From: Octopus vulgaris
Lineage: Eukaryota
Length of the DNA: 64,000 bases
Direction: 5' to 3'
NCBI GenBank assembly: GCA_951406725.2
Contig: OX597823.1
Span: forward strand, 102,052,001 to 102,116,000
The stretch's first letter is position 1. The number at the start of each line of letters is the position of its first letter. The notes under the pieces are model-generated. The model did no database searches, had not been told where the DNA came from, and saw nothing but the letters and a program-made list of their open reading frames with translations. Shown piece by piece: positions 40,549 to 56,940 of the stretch. The position numbers and the translations under genes were made by a program.

Positions 40549-40866
40549 CACTCCGTCGGTTACGACGACCAGGGTCCCAGCTGATACGATCAACGGAACA
40601 GCCTGCTCGTGAAATTAACGTGCAAGTGGCTGTGCACTCCACAGAGCGTGTACTCTTAACGTAGTTCACAAAGAATTCCAGTGTGACAAGGCTGGCCCTT
40701 TGAAGTACAGGTGCTACTCGTTTTAGTACTCATTTAGTAGCTGAATGAACTGGAGCAACGTGAAAATAAAATGTCTTGCTCAAGAACACAACGCGTCGCC
40801 AGGAATTGTACTCACAACCTTACGACCGTGAGCCGAATCCTCTAACCACTAAGCCACGGCGCCTTC
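40546..40866 (-). mobile_element. tRNA-derived SINE related to family C
   Basis: Head ggcgccgtggcttagtggttag on the minus strand; 3' part homologous to 29340-29465. Confidence 0.8.
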
Positions 40867-40873
40867 ACTAATA

Positions 40874-40912
<39 letters not shown>

Positions 40913-42273
40913 GCACACACACACACAACGTGCTTCCAGCTTTCGCCAACCAGATTCACTCACAAGGTATTGGTCGGCGCTAGACAATAGTAGAAGACGC
41001 TTGGACGCAATGCTACGCCGTGGGACCGAATCCGAAAGCATACAGTTTCACAGTAGGTTTCTTAACAACACGGCCTTATCCGACTATATTTATGAATTTA
41101 TGTCCAAATCAGAGATTTTAAAATCATCTATTGCAACATTTATAATCTTTCATAATAAATGTTACATTATATAAATAATGTGTTGCGTAGTGTCTTATCA
41201 TTCTCTTTGCAAATACATTGGTGCGACTCTATCAGAGGTGTGTGTCCTAATAAATAATGAAAAGAAATGATTGAAGCATTTCTTACAAGGATAAAAACAG
41301 CGGAAAACCCCTCAAACAGCATAGTGTGTATATATGTGCAACCGTTAATCCAGACCAATTTCTTTTCCCATCTCCGTCCTTTTTTTACCTCTTTCCATCT
41401 GTTTTCTCTCCTCATTCTATAGAAGAAAGTCAAGCTAATACACTTTCTTGTTTTCTCACCTGGCTCTCTCTTTTGGTTTTTGGTAGAACTTTGAACCCGA
41501 TATATGTATATGATCGTAACAAGTGACTTCCAGCATGCATGTGCGTATGTATATAGGTATGCACATAAATACGCTTAAATATATATCTATATACATATAT
41601 ATAAATATATAGATACTGAGTCCTGTGTCCTGTATTTTTTTTTCAGCTTCGGTCATAACTGAACATCTACATTTTATTTCTATTTCTATTTACTCACTCA
41701 TTCATTTAAGGTGGTGAGCGAGCAGAATCGTTAGCACACTGTACAAAACACTTTGCAGAATTTTGTCCGTCAGGTCGACGTTGCCTTTCATCTTTCCCAG
41801 GTCGATAAAATGAGTACCAATCGAGTACTGCCATTGATATAAGTGACTAACACCCTCTCCAAAGCTTTCAGTTCTTTTGATAGTAGTAAAAGGTTTTATT
41901 CATTTATTTATTTAGTTAGTTATTGTATGTCTCTTCTCACATAAATCCCCACGCAACAATTCTTCTTATCCAGAATTTATTTCTCAGGGACTTCCTCTGT
42001 GGCACAGGATCTCCATGATAACGTTTCTTTCCACCAGACCGCCACTTTTCTTTCCGCCCGGAATACATCTATACGACTATTCAACCCACGTTATACTTCA
42101 TTCCTCTTCTACCAACATACAACAGTAATAGACTCGCCTGGTTATCCTTATTTCCAATCAGACGCTGCCTGCCTTTCAAGGCTGCCACACTTCTTGGCTC
42201 AGCCATTTTCGCGCCACCTATTTCACATCACCGGTTCGACGCTGACTTATTTGAAATCAGGTGTTTTAATGTT

Positions 42274-42358
<85 letters not shown>

Positions 42359-42393
42359 TTCTCTTTTCCTCTTTTTCCTTCTCTCTCTCTCTC

Positions 42394-42485
<92 letters not shown>

Positions 42486-43559
42486 TCTATCTCTCTCTGG
42501 GAGTATATTTCGCTTTACGTGTATGAGGAGAGGGAAAGTGTTTATGCCAGTCGTGTTCAATTTCCTCTTTATATCAGTATGTATACAGTTCTGCCTGCGC
42601 GCGTGTGTGTATGTGTGTGTTTGTGTGTGTACAGTTATGATAGTCAGTCACAATTAGGGATGATGTTGGCGACATGTTGGTTTTGATGGCAAGGGAGGTA
42701 AACTGCTACAAAGTTGGTCAATAGGAGAAATTACCTCCCTTGTAACAGTTACCCGGCCAACAATAACGTGTGAGAATGTAGTGTTTTTGGAGGTATCAAT
42801 CATATTAGACCTCCATCCTTCTCTTTCCCTTATCAGTTGCATTAAATTCACATTATTTCGTAAGAAAAAGAAACGTTTTGACGTCTACAATTTAAAGGGA
42901 GATTACTTTAGGTTAGTTTTTAGTTTATTTAGTGTTAGTGCTACTTTTCCTGTGATCTACGTGATCAAATTTACTTGTATGTATGTAGTTTCTTTACGCT
43001 GCCGTACTCCCGTAAATTAGCGATTTCGCAAAGAGAGACCGACAGAATAATTACTGGGGTCGATAAGTCGACTGAAACTCTTCAAGGAAATGCCCCAATA
43101 TGGCTGCAGTTCAATGAATGAAACAAATAAAGAATAAAAGATAACTGAAATTCTCTTCTAAATTGTAGAAAGGAAATAAAACCTGGAGACATTCGTTTGC
43201 GACTCACAGAAAAAAATTGTGGGTGGGGTGATATTTACGAAATGGGAAGGATTAATTTTTTTTTAATATTTTCAAGTGCTTAACGGGAAAATCCTAGCTT
43301 TGTTAGAACGAACGGAGATAAAAAAAAAAAATGGGCATATTTCGATTTTATTCTACGTCGTCAGTGCTATGTACCTAGTACGAACCCATCTGATCAGTAG
43401 GGAATAGTTTTTACATAAAGAAAAAGAGTTGTAAAATTTTTGGCCTGTACAAATTGATATTATACTAAACAAAATTGAACTAATGGCAACGGTTTAAATA
43501 AATCTTATAGGTTTTGATCTAATGAATAATGTACGTATTACTCTGTGGATGGCGGGGTC

Positions 43560-44330
43560 TGGCAGGTGAAAACTGGCATAGTTTCGCTGGAGGATGTTCT
43601 CAGGATTTCCACTCATGGAATCAAAGCAAGTTTAGGCTACATGTAAATAATATTTGGTCGAGGAAGTCAAGGGAGAGATGACGGTCGTATTATCTGCATA
43701 AGACTATGTATAGTTGTATGAGGCATCAAGTATGTCATTGAAGTACAGAAGCAAGAGCGTAAAAGACAAAGCCGATTTATGGGTTACGCCCGCGAAGATA
43801 GAAAGAGGAACAGAAAGAGCTCCTTCAACAAACGTGGCAAATGATGTGATCTGATTGGAAGCTACCGAACCAGATGACCAGGTATAGGAGGATCCCTTAG
43901 ATAGATATTTTCCATTCGCATTCTAGACAACGTCCAAAGCTTTGCTGGAGTCAAAACTGACTACATCAATTTCACCAAATTCTTCAAAGGCAGAAATCCA
44001 CATGAGTAAGGAGAGGAGGTCACCAGTGGATTTGGCTTTATAGAATCTGTATGGGTGACCATTAAGAGGAGAGCGAGAGAGAAAAATAGATTCAAGATAT
44101 TGGAAGACATTGTTGTAAAGGCTGACTGACCCTAGAAATAATAGAGGTGAGTGCGATGGGGCGGTTGTTGACGGGGTCAGAGCAGTTACCTCCCTGGGGA
44201 TGGAACACACTTTATGTTGCATGTTTAAAAGAAAACTTGGAGATTCCTGTCGAGAGGAAGAGATTTAAAGAGATTGACGAATCTAGGGTAAGCTCTGGGG
44301 TACAATATTTGAGGGTAAGGTAAGAAACAC
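43560..44330 (-). mobile_element. Degenerate LINE RT fragment (CR1/Jockey-like)
   Basis: STGDLL, FDSSKALDVV (cf. LDISKAFDRV) and YADNTT (~43683-43700) in collinear RT order, with stops and frameshifts. Confidence 0.65.
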
Positions 44331-44477
44331 GCAAGGACAGGTGGTCATAATGACGGTCGAATGGTCAGTTGTACCAGCTTCTAAATAAAATAAATACAAA
44401 CTCTACAGTTGTATCCCGTATCGAGTATCACATAGCAAAGTGGTCCATGCCTATTTCAACAATATCAGTGGAGATAA

Positions 44478-44516
<39 letters not shown>

Positions 44517-44959
44517 TGATTCTGTGTGTCCCCCTCACAGACATATGCATGCGTATGTATGTATGTATGTATAGTTTGGAACGCAGCTCAAACAACCCTC
44601 AAAGGTTTACATTACGGAAAATCATACAAATGCATAAACTTGTTAACTTTATTAATGTGTGTGTGTGTTGTGTGCGCGTGTGTGCGTGTGTGTGCGTGTG
44701 TGTGTATGTGTGTGTGTATGTGCGCGTGCGTGTGTGCATTTGAAGTAGTCCGAGATTAAAATATTTATACATCATACTTAATATAAATACAATCGTGACA
44801 GGCAACATTTTCTACGAATATGAGTAAACTTTGATTATCCCGATGCATTTACATTGAGTATGCCACATAAATTTATGTATGTACGTATGTAGGTATATAT
44901 ATATTCGTATATATATGCACCGCATTATATATATAAATATATATCTATATATATATACG

Positions 44960-45827
44960 AAAGAAGGTTTGAAAATGCAATTTTAAAAGTTGTTTATTTA
45001 TTTTACAGGTTTCACTCTTTGGAAAAAGATTGTCAAAAGTAACATGTAGAAGTTTGGTTGCGTTAATTATTGGTTGTTACAAATTGCTACATTACATATA
45101 TACAGTCTTTGGTAACAAGGACATGTTAAGAACATAAAAAAGTTTAACAAGTTCCTTAAAATATTGGGCACAAAAGATTACTACATAAATAATCATTCTC
45201 AAGAACATGTTAAAGATAGTTTCCAGAAGGAATTATTAAAAAGTTCAGTGGGATATTGGTATTGTATCTGTATATTCAAACACGCACAGAATATTGATTG
45301 ACACAGAGTACTACAATACATATGTATATATTTTTTGGTGACTAGAGCATCTTGAGAACATAAAAAAGTTTAACAAGTTCATTGAAATATTGGGCATAAA
45401 AGATTACAACAAATATATTATACATTCCCAAGATAATTTCCAGAAGGAATTATTAAAAAGTTCAGTGAAATATTGGTATACACGCACAGAATATTATGAG
45501 TTCAAAAAGGTTTACATTATAATAGTAGGGAAGCTAAAACTGACCTGTCCACCATGTTAACGTAAAAGAATATTATCTATTTCAAGGGACACTGTAGGTG
45601 TGTTTAGGTGGGGAAAGGAGGAGTTATGTGGAACTGAAAAGAATTTATCCTTTTAGTCTCTCCTTCAAGCATCAATGATTTGGGGGGATTGGCTTTAGGG
45701 GTCAGGATGGGGTGAGTGTGTGTGTCTTTGTGTGTGTGTATATACATATGTGGTGTGAATGGATGTGTCTGTGTGTTTGTATATGTGTGTCCGTTTGTCA
45801 ACCGCGTATGCGGTTGTCTTGGTGTTG

Positions 45828-45868
<41 letters not shown>

Positions 45869-46539
45869 GTGTGGATGGCATTTGGCATGGTGCTGCGTGC
45901 GTATATGTGTGTCTGTATGGAGGTCAGAATGGTGTGAGTGTGTGTGTCTTTGTGTGTGTATATATATATGTATACATGTGTTTGTGAGGGGGGGGGGGCT
46001 GTTTTTGATTGGTTCCAGGGTCCATTGTGGTGTAAATAGATGTGTGTTTTTTAAAGAATTTTTTTGGTAGGATTGTGTGTGTATATGTGTGCCCGTTTGT
46101 ATGTGTGTGGTTAATGTTTATTAGTGTGTTGCGTGTGCGTTAGTGTGTATATGTTTGTTCGTATGTGTGTCCATGTCTGTTGGGTGTATCTGTGTGGCGT
46201 GTGTGTGTGTGTATATGCGTTTTGTGTGTGTTGGTATTGAGTATGTGTTTGTGTGCGTGCGTATATATATTGTGAGTGTATGTGTCTTTGTGTGTGTATA
46301 TGTATACATGTGTTTGTGGGGGGGGCTGTTTTTGAATGGTCCCAGGGTCCATTGTGGTGTAAATGGATGTGTGTTTTTTTAGAGATTTTGTAGGATGGTG
46401 TGTGTATATATGTGTGCCCGTTTGCCAATCGTGTGTGTGATTGTCTTGGTGTTGTATGTATGTGTGTGTGTGTCTGCGTATATATGGTGCGAGTGTGTGT
46501 GTATATACATGTGTCTGTGTGTGTGTGTGTGTATATACA

Positions 46540-46579
<40 letters not shown>

Positions 46580-47685
46580 CATGTGTTTGTGTGCGTGTGT
46601 GTGAGTGTATGAATATGCATGATTGGTGTTTGTTATGGTGCTGTGTGTGCGCACGTGTGTGTATATATGTGTCTGTATAGGGGTCAAAACGGTGTGAGTG
46701 TGTGTACATATATATATATATAAATATATATATATAAATACATATACACACATGTCTTTGTGTGTGTGGGTCGTTCTTAATTGGTCCCAGGGTCCATTGT
46801 GGTGTAAATAGATGTGTGTTTTTAAGATTTGGTAGGAATGTGTGTGTATATGTGTGCCCGTTTGTGTGTGTCGTGTATGTGTGTGGCTAATGTTAGTGTG
46901 TTGCGTGTGTGCTAGTGTGTGTATGCGTTTGTTCGTATGTGTGTCCATGTGTGTTGGGTTTGTCTGGGTGGCGTGTGTGTGTTTATGCGTTTTGTGTGTG
47001 TTGGTATTGAGTACGTGTTTGTGTGTGTGCGTATATATGGTGCGTGTGTGTGTGTCTTTGTGTGTTTGTTTTGGATGTGTGCCTGGGGAATATGTTAGAG
47101 TATGTTTAGTTGTGGTCTGTATTTTTGAATAAGGTTACTTTTCCTATTTATTCGTGTTTGGTCTGTGGTGTTGTCTGGGCATTGGTATAGTGGGGAAACT
47201 AAGAATTTGGGGGACTTATTGTGTGCACAGAGGTCTAAGTGTCCACTTAGTGGTATCTGTCTTGTGGAGGGGTCCCTCAGTTGTTGGCGGTGAACTCTCA
47301 TCCTTTCTCTGAGGGTAAGGCTCGTTTGCCCTAAGTAGTCTTCGTGGCACCCTTCACACCTTATGACGTAGAGTAAATTTGTTGATGCGCACGTGAAATT
47401 ATTTTTTATGATGAAGGTGTGTCCTGACTGGAACTTGTACGTCGATCCCTCAATGAGGTGGATGCAAATCCTGCAGTTGCGACGACCAAATTTTTTGACG
47501 GTGGGCGGTGGGTTTGTGTTGTGTAATTTTGCGTTGATGAGGAGGTTTTTTAAGGATTTAGGTTGTCTCTTACTTTTTATTATTTTATGAGCTGCCAATA
47601 ATTTTTTTAGGCGTGGCTCTTGATTTAGCTGTGGAATGTTGTTGTATATAATAGTGTAAGCTTCTGCATTTCTTGGGTTGTGTGT
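44960..47685 (-). mobile_element. Penelope-like element (PLE) 2: 5'-truncated, GIY-YIG domain and long CA-rich 3' region
   Basis: ORF 47095-47598: KRQPKSLKNLL, NCRICIHL, FTCASTNLLYVIRCEGCHEDYLGQT..LRERMRVH..H (GIY-YIG with Cys/His motifs, Neptune-like). The 3' boundary next to the TA-rich tract is inferred. Confidence 0.8.
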
Positions 47686-47751
47686 TGAAGAGTTTCAGTC
47701 GACTTATCGACCCCAGTAATTATTCTGTCGGTCTCTCTTTGCGAAATCAAT

Positions 47752-49372
<1,621 letters not shown>

Positions 49373-49561
49373 CTTTTTCTGTGTTTCTGACGAAAAGCTC
49401 CGCTCGGAACGTTAAATCCTCCTTCTTTCTTTCCTTTCCTGAGCGTCCAATAATACTATACTTGTTCCACGTCCTCACGTTGTTGTGTTTTCTCTTTGTT
49501 CATGTTTGGATTAATTGTATATATATACATATGTGTGTGTGTGTGTGTGTGTGTATACGTA

Positions 49562-49713
<152 letters not shown>

Positions 49714-49726
49714 TACACACGTATAT

Positions 49727-49776
<50 letters not shown>

Positions 49777-50708
49777 GTTGAGGCACATGGCCTAGTGGTT
49801 AGAGCAGCTGACTCGCGGTCGAGGGATCGCTGGTTCGAATCTCAGACCGGGCGATATGAATAGGGAGAAATAGGGAGGCAATTTACAGTAGTTCAATTAA
49901 ACAGAATTAAAGAATATGGAAGAGCTGAATATAAACACGTGATTGGTTTTTAAATTCGACATGCCCTGTAATCAGGTGAAGAGAGATGAATTTTAATCCA
50001 GGATACTTTTTCAAACAACATTCACGAAAAGCAATCAATCAGCGAAACAAGCAATCAGTCAATCAGTGAATAAATAAACACAACTTGATCTGTTGAAAAC
50101 TACATTCTTTTAATGATACTTTTATGTGAGTTACAGTAAAATAGACAGAAATATAACAGGAGAGGATTATAAGGAATGGAAGAGAGATAGTCAGGAGAGA
50201 GCGACAGAGAGAGAGAGAGGGTCAAAGATAGATAGAGACAGACAGACAGACAAATGTAGTTAAAGAGATTGTAGTAGAAGTATTGATAGCGGGAAGAAAG
50301 AATGAGAGCAAGAGAGAGAATTAAATACTGGTGTAGACAAATCGATATCGCTGAACACACACACACACACATATATATATATACATATATATATATACAC
50401 ACATTTTTACGCATACATATATGCACACATACATATATGCACACATACATGTATGCACACATACGATGTGTGTGTATGTGCCATTACAGGAACCAGTCCA
50501 TCAACGTTACTAATAGTTTCAAAGTCATTCAAAGTGGTTCAGCTCATTATCTGACTTGGTTGATTCATACTTTTTCAGCACACGCGCGCGCGCGCATGTA
50601 TATATATGTAAGTAGACAGACAGACAGACAGGAACTGAGAGACAGAGAAAAAGAGAAAGAGACAGAGAAGCTACTGAATGAAAGTGATGTGAATACTGAT
50701 GGAATAAA

Positions 50709-50891
50709 TTATTTTTTTTCGTCGAAGGTTCCAGCACCTTTGTAGTTACCCACATAACCAGAATCGTCTTGGAGATCAACGCGGCCTTCAATCCCTTTAC
50801 CTTTTCCTTCGGCATCAAACCGTTCTTTGTGGGTTCCCGTATACCCTGATGCATCAGTTAATTTATCCACGTTGCCGGTCTTCGACACTTT
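50709..50891 (-). CDS. TPPP: TPPP/p25-alpha family protein, last coding exon
   Basis: [60 protein letters not shown] matches the p25-alpha C-terminal signature (LTD..YTGxHKERFD..GKGKG..GR..GYV..YK..GTYD); acceptor ttcttcttcag, phase 0. Symbol denotes family; paralog unknown. Confidence 0.93.
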   Translation of the reverse strand, partial: KVSKTGNVDKLTDASGYTGTHKERFDAEGKGKGIEGRVDLQDDSGYVGNYKGAGTFDEKK

Positions 50892-51566
50892 CTGAAGAAG
50901 AATAAATGAAAGCATTATTAATATTTAACTTAGACAAAAGGGATGAAATTACCCTGGGGCAAGACGTTTTGTCGATTATATCAATCACAGAATTTAACTG
51001 GTACCTTATTCTTTTAATGAACACCAACAAAGGCAAAAATAAAGCAGGCCGTAGGGATTTGAACTCAGGACATAGACGACCACTGTTTGTAAAACCTATA
51101 ACGATTCTGTCAGTCCCCCGCCCTTATAATGAATCATTACTGTTATAAAGATATTTTAAGTCGGTGAGATGGCGTATTGGCCAAAATGTTTAGCAGCATC
51201 TCTTCAAGCTTTACGTTCTCAGTTCAAATTCTTCCGAGGCTAACTTTGCTTTTCAATGTTTCGGACAAGTTCCAGTCCCCTTCCCGCATGTCTCGTAAAG
51301 AATTATAACGATATAATAGCATTTGGTGAAATGTGTTTGCGAGAACAGCGTCGATGATTGACACTCTGAATATGCCCCAGTCGGCTACGAGCAGAATTTT
51401 CCAAGGGAGGGTACATCTCCTTTTGTTAATTAAACCAGTCGGATTTATAGAAGGATCCTTGACCAGCCCATCATGTCTTTCTCTGTTAGCGCCAAAATCA
51501 TTTCATTGCTATTCCAGACTTAAAGTGTAATGCATGTTTTGTACCCCTGAGTAGATCTCCATTTTA

Positions 51567-51635
<69 letters not shown>

Positions 51636-51663
51636 ATCATCATCATCATCATCATTATTATTG

Positions 51664-52035
51664 TGGCGGCGAGTTGGCAGAAACGTTAGCACGCCGGGCG
51701 AAATGCTTAGCGGTATTTCGTCTGCCGATACGTTCTGAGGTCAAATTCCGCCGAGGTCGACTTTACCTTACATCCTTTCGGGGTCAATAAATTAAGTACC
51801 AGTTACGCACTGGGGTCGATGTAATCGACTTAATCCGTTTGTCTGTCCTTGTTTGTCCCCCCTGTGTTTAGCTCCTTGTGGGTTACGTTCTGAGTTCAAA
51901 TTCCGCCGAGGTCGACTTTGCTTTTCGTCCTTTCAGTGTTGATAAATTAAGTACCAGTTGCGTACTGGCATCGATTTAATCGACTATCCCCCTCCCCCAA
52001 ATTTCAGGCCTTGTGCCTATAATAGAAAGGATTAT
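51664..52035 (+). mobile_element. SINE family B (internal partial duplication; further copy ~52045-52260)
   Basis: ggcggcgagttggcagaaacgttagc...gttcaaattcc...gtcgacttt...ggggtcgat; (ATT)n-like tail. Confidence 0.8.
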
Positions 52036-52255
52036 TATCATTGAAGCCGGTGAGCTGGCAGAATCCTCAGCTCACAGGGCAAAATGTCTAGGGGCACATT
52101 TCGCCCGTCCAAACGTTTTGAGTTCACATTCCACCAAGGTCGAATTTGTCTTTTATCCTTTCGGGGTCGATAAAATAAACTGAGCTCTGGAGTCGATGTA
52201 ATCAACTTACCCGCTCACCTGAAATTGCTGGCTAAGTGCGTAAATTTGATATCAA

Positions 52256-52310
<55 letters not shown>

Positions 52311-52754
52311 GAATGCGACGAGCTGGCAGACTCGTTACTGCGCAGAAGAAAATGCATAGGAGGAGGCGGATGTTGTTGCCGTAACCATGACGCTGTGTCT
52401 GTTGTCCACAAGCCAGACAACCAGATAAGGAAATCGAAACTGAAAGAGACTGATATAAGCTGTTAAATTCTAGACGTCACTATTCAATATTTGAAGAAGA
52501 CATTTTCCGAATATGTTAATAGTTTCGAGTAGGTCTTCTTTGTTATATAGCTCAGTAACTTCTCGTGGCTCTTTGTTAGTACTTAATGCCTAACACCATC
52601 AACAAAACAGGCCACTTATTGTTCAAATATCATATATCCTTGTGTAAATATCTAATCACTCAGAGTATGACCCGATTTTATTTTAATGTGGACGGCGTGG
52701 GTAGCACCAACTTTACCGATGTGTTAAGGACACCTAACCAAGGTATATCTTGTC

Positions 52755-53030
52755 CTTTCTTTTACTTGGTCCAATCATTGGACTGTGGCCATGTTAGAGC
52801 ACTATCTTCAATGGTTTTAGTCGAACAAAACCAGTCTAGAACTTGTTTTTGAGTGTGACATTTACCTTATCAGTCTATTTGCCTGAGCTGCTAAATTACG
52901 GGGATTCAAACAAACCAGCACCGGTTGTCAAGCGATGTGAAATGGACAAGCACACACATATATATACGACGGGTCTCCACACAGTTTCTGTCTGCCAAAT
53001 TCATTCATGAGGCTGTAGTCAGTCCGGTCG
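52755..53030 (-). mobile_element. SINE family A, degenerate partial copy
   Basis: Homology to family A body. Confidence 0.7.
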
Positions 53031-54520
53031 GTAAGACATGCTTTGTTCATAATTTAGTATTATAAGGTTCCAGAAAATAATTATTGGACTTCCTGGCGTC
53101 GAGTTGGCCATTTTGTTTTTTTTTTGTTTTTTTTGGCACGCACGCTAAAGAGTGCAAGGTTTTTCACAAGCAAATTTTAATCTCAGATTATGGTCATCCT
53201 TCCTAAATAAACCATTTCTTCGTGTTGCACAAAAGGAATAGAGAACTATGCAGCCTATAAGCCATCGACAGTATCTATGTGTTCTTTAAACCACTAACAA
53301 AACCATCTTAGTATAATGTGAAAACGCAACGGTTTCAAGTCAAAATTGATGTCGCATCTTCGAGAAAGAGCATCCACGCCAACAAGGAAGTACAATGTAA
53401 GTTTTATGTCATTATATGGTGAGTTTGTTTGCCTCTTGTCTTTTTTAGTCAAAAGGGCTGGTAGTACATATAACACATTTAACACATTGGCAGAGTTGTT
53501 ACAGCGTCGGACAAAATGCAAAATGCCTTACAGTATTTATTTTGGCATCTGAGTTCAAATTCAATCGAAATCGACTTCGCTTTTCATCCCTCCAAGTTCG
53601 ATAAAGACATTATCAATCTAGGGCAGTAGATTTATAGAAACGTTACTGCCTCGGACGAGATGCTTTGACGTATTCGTTTCGGCTCTTTGCGTTGTGAATT
53701 CAAATTCTGCCGTGGCCTGTGTAACAGCCTTAACCTGTCACCTGGTTGAACACTACCACCTAACACTTGGGTGTGTTAAGAGAAATCCACTCTCTTGCAA
53801 GCATTTAGACCAGGCCACCATTTTGAAGTTGCTTTCCTTCTGCCCTCTTTCTCACTCTCTCTTTCTTCTCTCTCTCCCTCTCCCTTTAATTTCATTTAAT
53901 GCCTCATCAGAATAAGCCAACAAAACACACTTCAGTTACACAACGATCCTGCAGTTTACATTAAAATATACACTTCTGTCGATTGAGGATTCAGGCTGCC
54001 TTGTGCAAGAATCTCTCACATTCACTTAAAAGACACTTTTAGCGTCTCCTTGTAGCTCGTTCTATGACGACTTTTCTTTATGCGGTAATCCAGCCTCTTT
54101 GAAAAGTTAAAACCGCATACTAGCATGGTAGCCACGGTGGATACTATGTAGTTCAATTCAAAAGAACACCGTGATATTCAGGACTACGTACGGTAAATCA
54201 AACAACGATTAATTAATTGATTAAACTGTTTGCCAATTGACAAATAAAATAATGAAATAGAACCGGTGCATGTGTGAATTAATGGCATAATGAACCTCCC
54301 AAGAGACAAGAAATTTAAGCAGAAAGTGATTTTTATATAAATATTTTTAAAAAGTATTGGCAGATGATTAGCACACATAATTGGCAAACATATTGGCAAA
54401 CATAATTGCTGATAGAAAAAGTTTGAGAAGATAACACCAGATATGTTTTCAAACGCCGATAGAAGTTATTTATTTTTTTGGTACAAAGCCATAAATTTGG
54501 GGGTGACGAGCATAGTATAT

Positions 54521-54620
<100 letters not shown>

Positions 54621-55236
54621 AAAGAGTAAGAAATGCTCAGCTGAAAACAGTTAAAAATTACTTTTATATGTCTCGGACGAAAGGATAGTCTCTTTGCTTT
54701 GTATTAATGACCTTAGGAAAGAGAAAAGAAAAGTATATAAAGCCAATTCCGACAAGATTTGAACCCAGAACGTAGACAGCTAAAATGCTATTAAAAAAGT
54801 CATCTAGTTCTCTTTTGTTTCTGCCCCAATCACCACTCTAACAATGTAAAAATTACAAACCACACACAAACACATACACACACAGATTAAGGCAAACTGA
54901 TATCCTAAACATGGCCCAAGAGTGGTGTCCTATCAGCAATTCCATTGTGTAACTGATGAGACATTAAAACAAATGGAGAGTGAAAAAACAATAGCTCAAA
55001 AAATCAGTTTTCTTTTGGGTCGTCTCCCAGGTCAGACTCTGAATATATTTTACATTAAATAGCAGTATTCGATTTAAGTAAACTGGCGCAGTACCCGGCA
55101 AAAATAATGAAGTTTATTTCTGTCTCCTTTCAGTAATTCTTAGTAATTCAGTTCTGTTTCAAGCTCCACTTATTTTTGTGTTTCAGTTTGTCTACTCACC
55201 TGAGGAGCTCTCTCACGTGTTCGAGAACTACACACA

Positions 55237-55309
<73 letters not shown>

Positions 55310-56514
55310 CTTATCTCCCTCCCCTTTTCTCTCCGTCTTTCCCAACCCGGTCAATCGCCCGCTTATCTATTTATTCAACAAATCAACCTCCCTTTATAAT
55401 TCTTTATTTTTTATCCACCTTTCTCAGCGCAGTCACTGTCTTCTCCTTCTACATTACCTTTTCATTTCTCCCTCACATCTGTAGATCTCTACCATTTTTC
55501 TTTCTATTTCTGCCCCCATTTCCTATCTCTTTCCTTCTGACCTTTCCTTGATCCTCTCTCTATTTCACTTCTGCTTTTCAACTGAATTTATAATGATTAA
55601 GCTTGTGTACGCGTGATTGAAATTGATTAATCTAACCTGTTTCATAATGTTATCATATTACCTCTTTAAGTTCTTTTCTGCTTTCATCGTAAACTTAGAT
55701 CACACAGTGTAACATTGCATTCTGTAAAGTTATTAAGTGCTTGAAGCTTGCGATATCTATCTCCTTCAGTTGTGATCGGATCGCTATTAAAAATAGTTCT
55801 ATCTCATACGCTTTATAACAGTCCTAAATAGCAGCGTTTTATTTAGCATGTCATATTCTGGAACAGATCTCGGTCCTTAACCAAGGTTTTAGTGGGTGTG
55901 TACAACACATAGACACTCACACGCACATACACACACACATACACACACCACATACACATACAACACACACACATATTTTCATACATGTATTTATATACAG
56001 ACTCATACCCATACATGCATGTGTGTGTGTGTGTGCGCGTCTGTGTATGTGTGTGTGTGTGTGTGTGTGTGTTGGCTAGGCTACTAAATGTTCTGCGATA
56101 TGTTTTTATTTATATTGATATTTACATGGAGATGTCTCTGGCTGTGCTATTTGTTTCAGCTCCTTACATTCAGATTTCAAATTCTGCCGGAATCAACTTT
56201 GCCTTTCATCCCTCTGGGGCCAATAAAAGTAATTCGAATCGAGTTCTTGGAGTGTTTTAATTGACTTCATTCTAAATTACCATCTTTGTGCCTAAATTGT
56301 TATTATTGAAAGCAATGGACTGTCATCAGACAGAAATTACTTGACGGTATTTGTTCCGGCTCTTTACGTTCTCAGTTCAGTTCCCACCAACATTTACTTC
56401 GCTTTTCATTCAAGTACAGGGGTCGATAGTATCGACCATCCCCTCCCCTTTCCCACAAACTTTCATATTGTGTACCTACTTTGTACTTAGAACTAATTTG
56501 TAAATACTTCTTCC

Positions 56515-56688
56515 AGGAATTGATGAATGGTTAAAACGCTCGCTTAGTGATCACATGATTATGAGTTCGTTCTCACTGCACGGCATTTTGGACAAGTGCT
56601 TTCCACTACAGCCACTGGCCGACTAATGCCTTATGTGTAAATTTGATAAAGGGAAACTGTATGGAAGCCCATTGTATATATATAAATA

Positions 56689-56719
<31 letters not shown>

Positions 56720-56940
56720 GTGCGCGCGCGCGCGTTCCCCTTTACCACCTCTTGATAAGTAGTGTTGGTTTGTTTACATCCCAGATCCTTAGCCGTTCGG
56801 CAAAACAGACTGATAGAATAAGTATCAGACTTTATATAAAAATAAGTATAGGGAGCCGATTAGTTTGACTAAAACCCCTCAAGACGGTGCTCCAGCACGG
56901 CCGCAGCCCAGTGACTGAAGCAAGCAAAACATAAAAAGTA
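56515..56940 (+). mobile_element. SINE family A, older copy
   Basis: Homology to family A. Confidence 0.8.

Noticed and set aside
54950-54995. CTGATGAG...GAAA motif
   Set aside because: Stems II and III cannot be formed.
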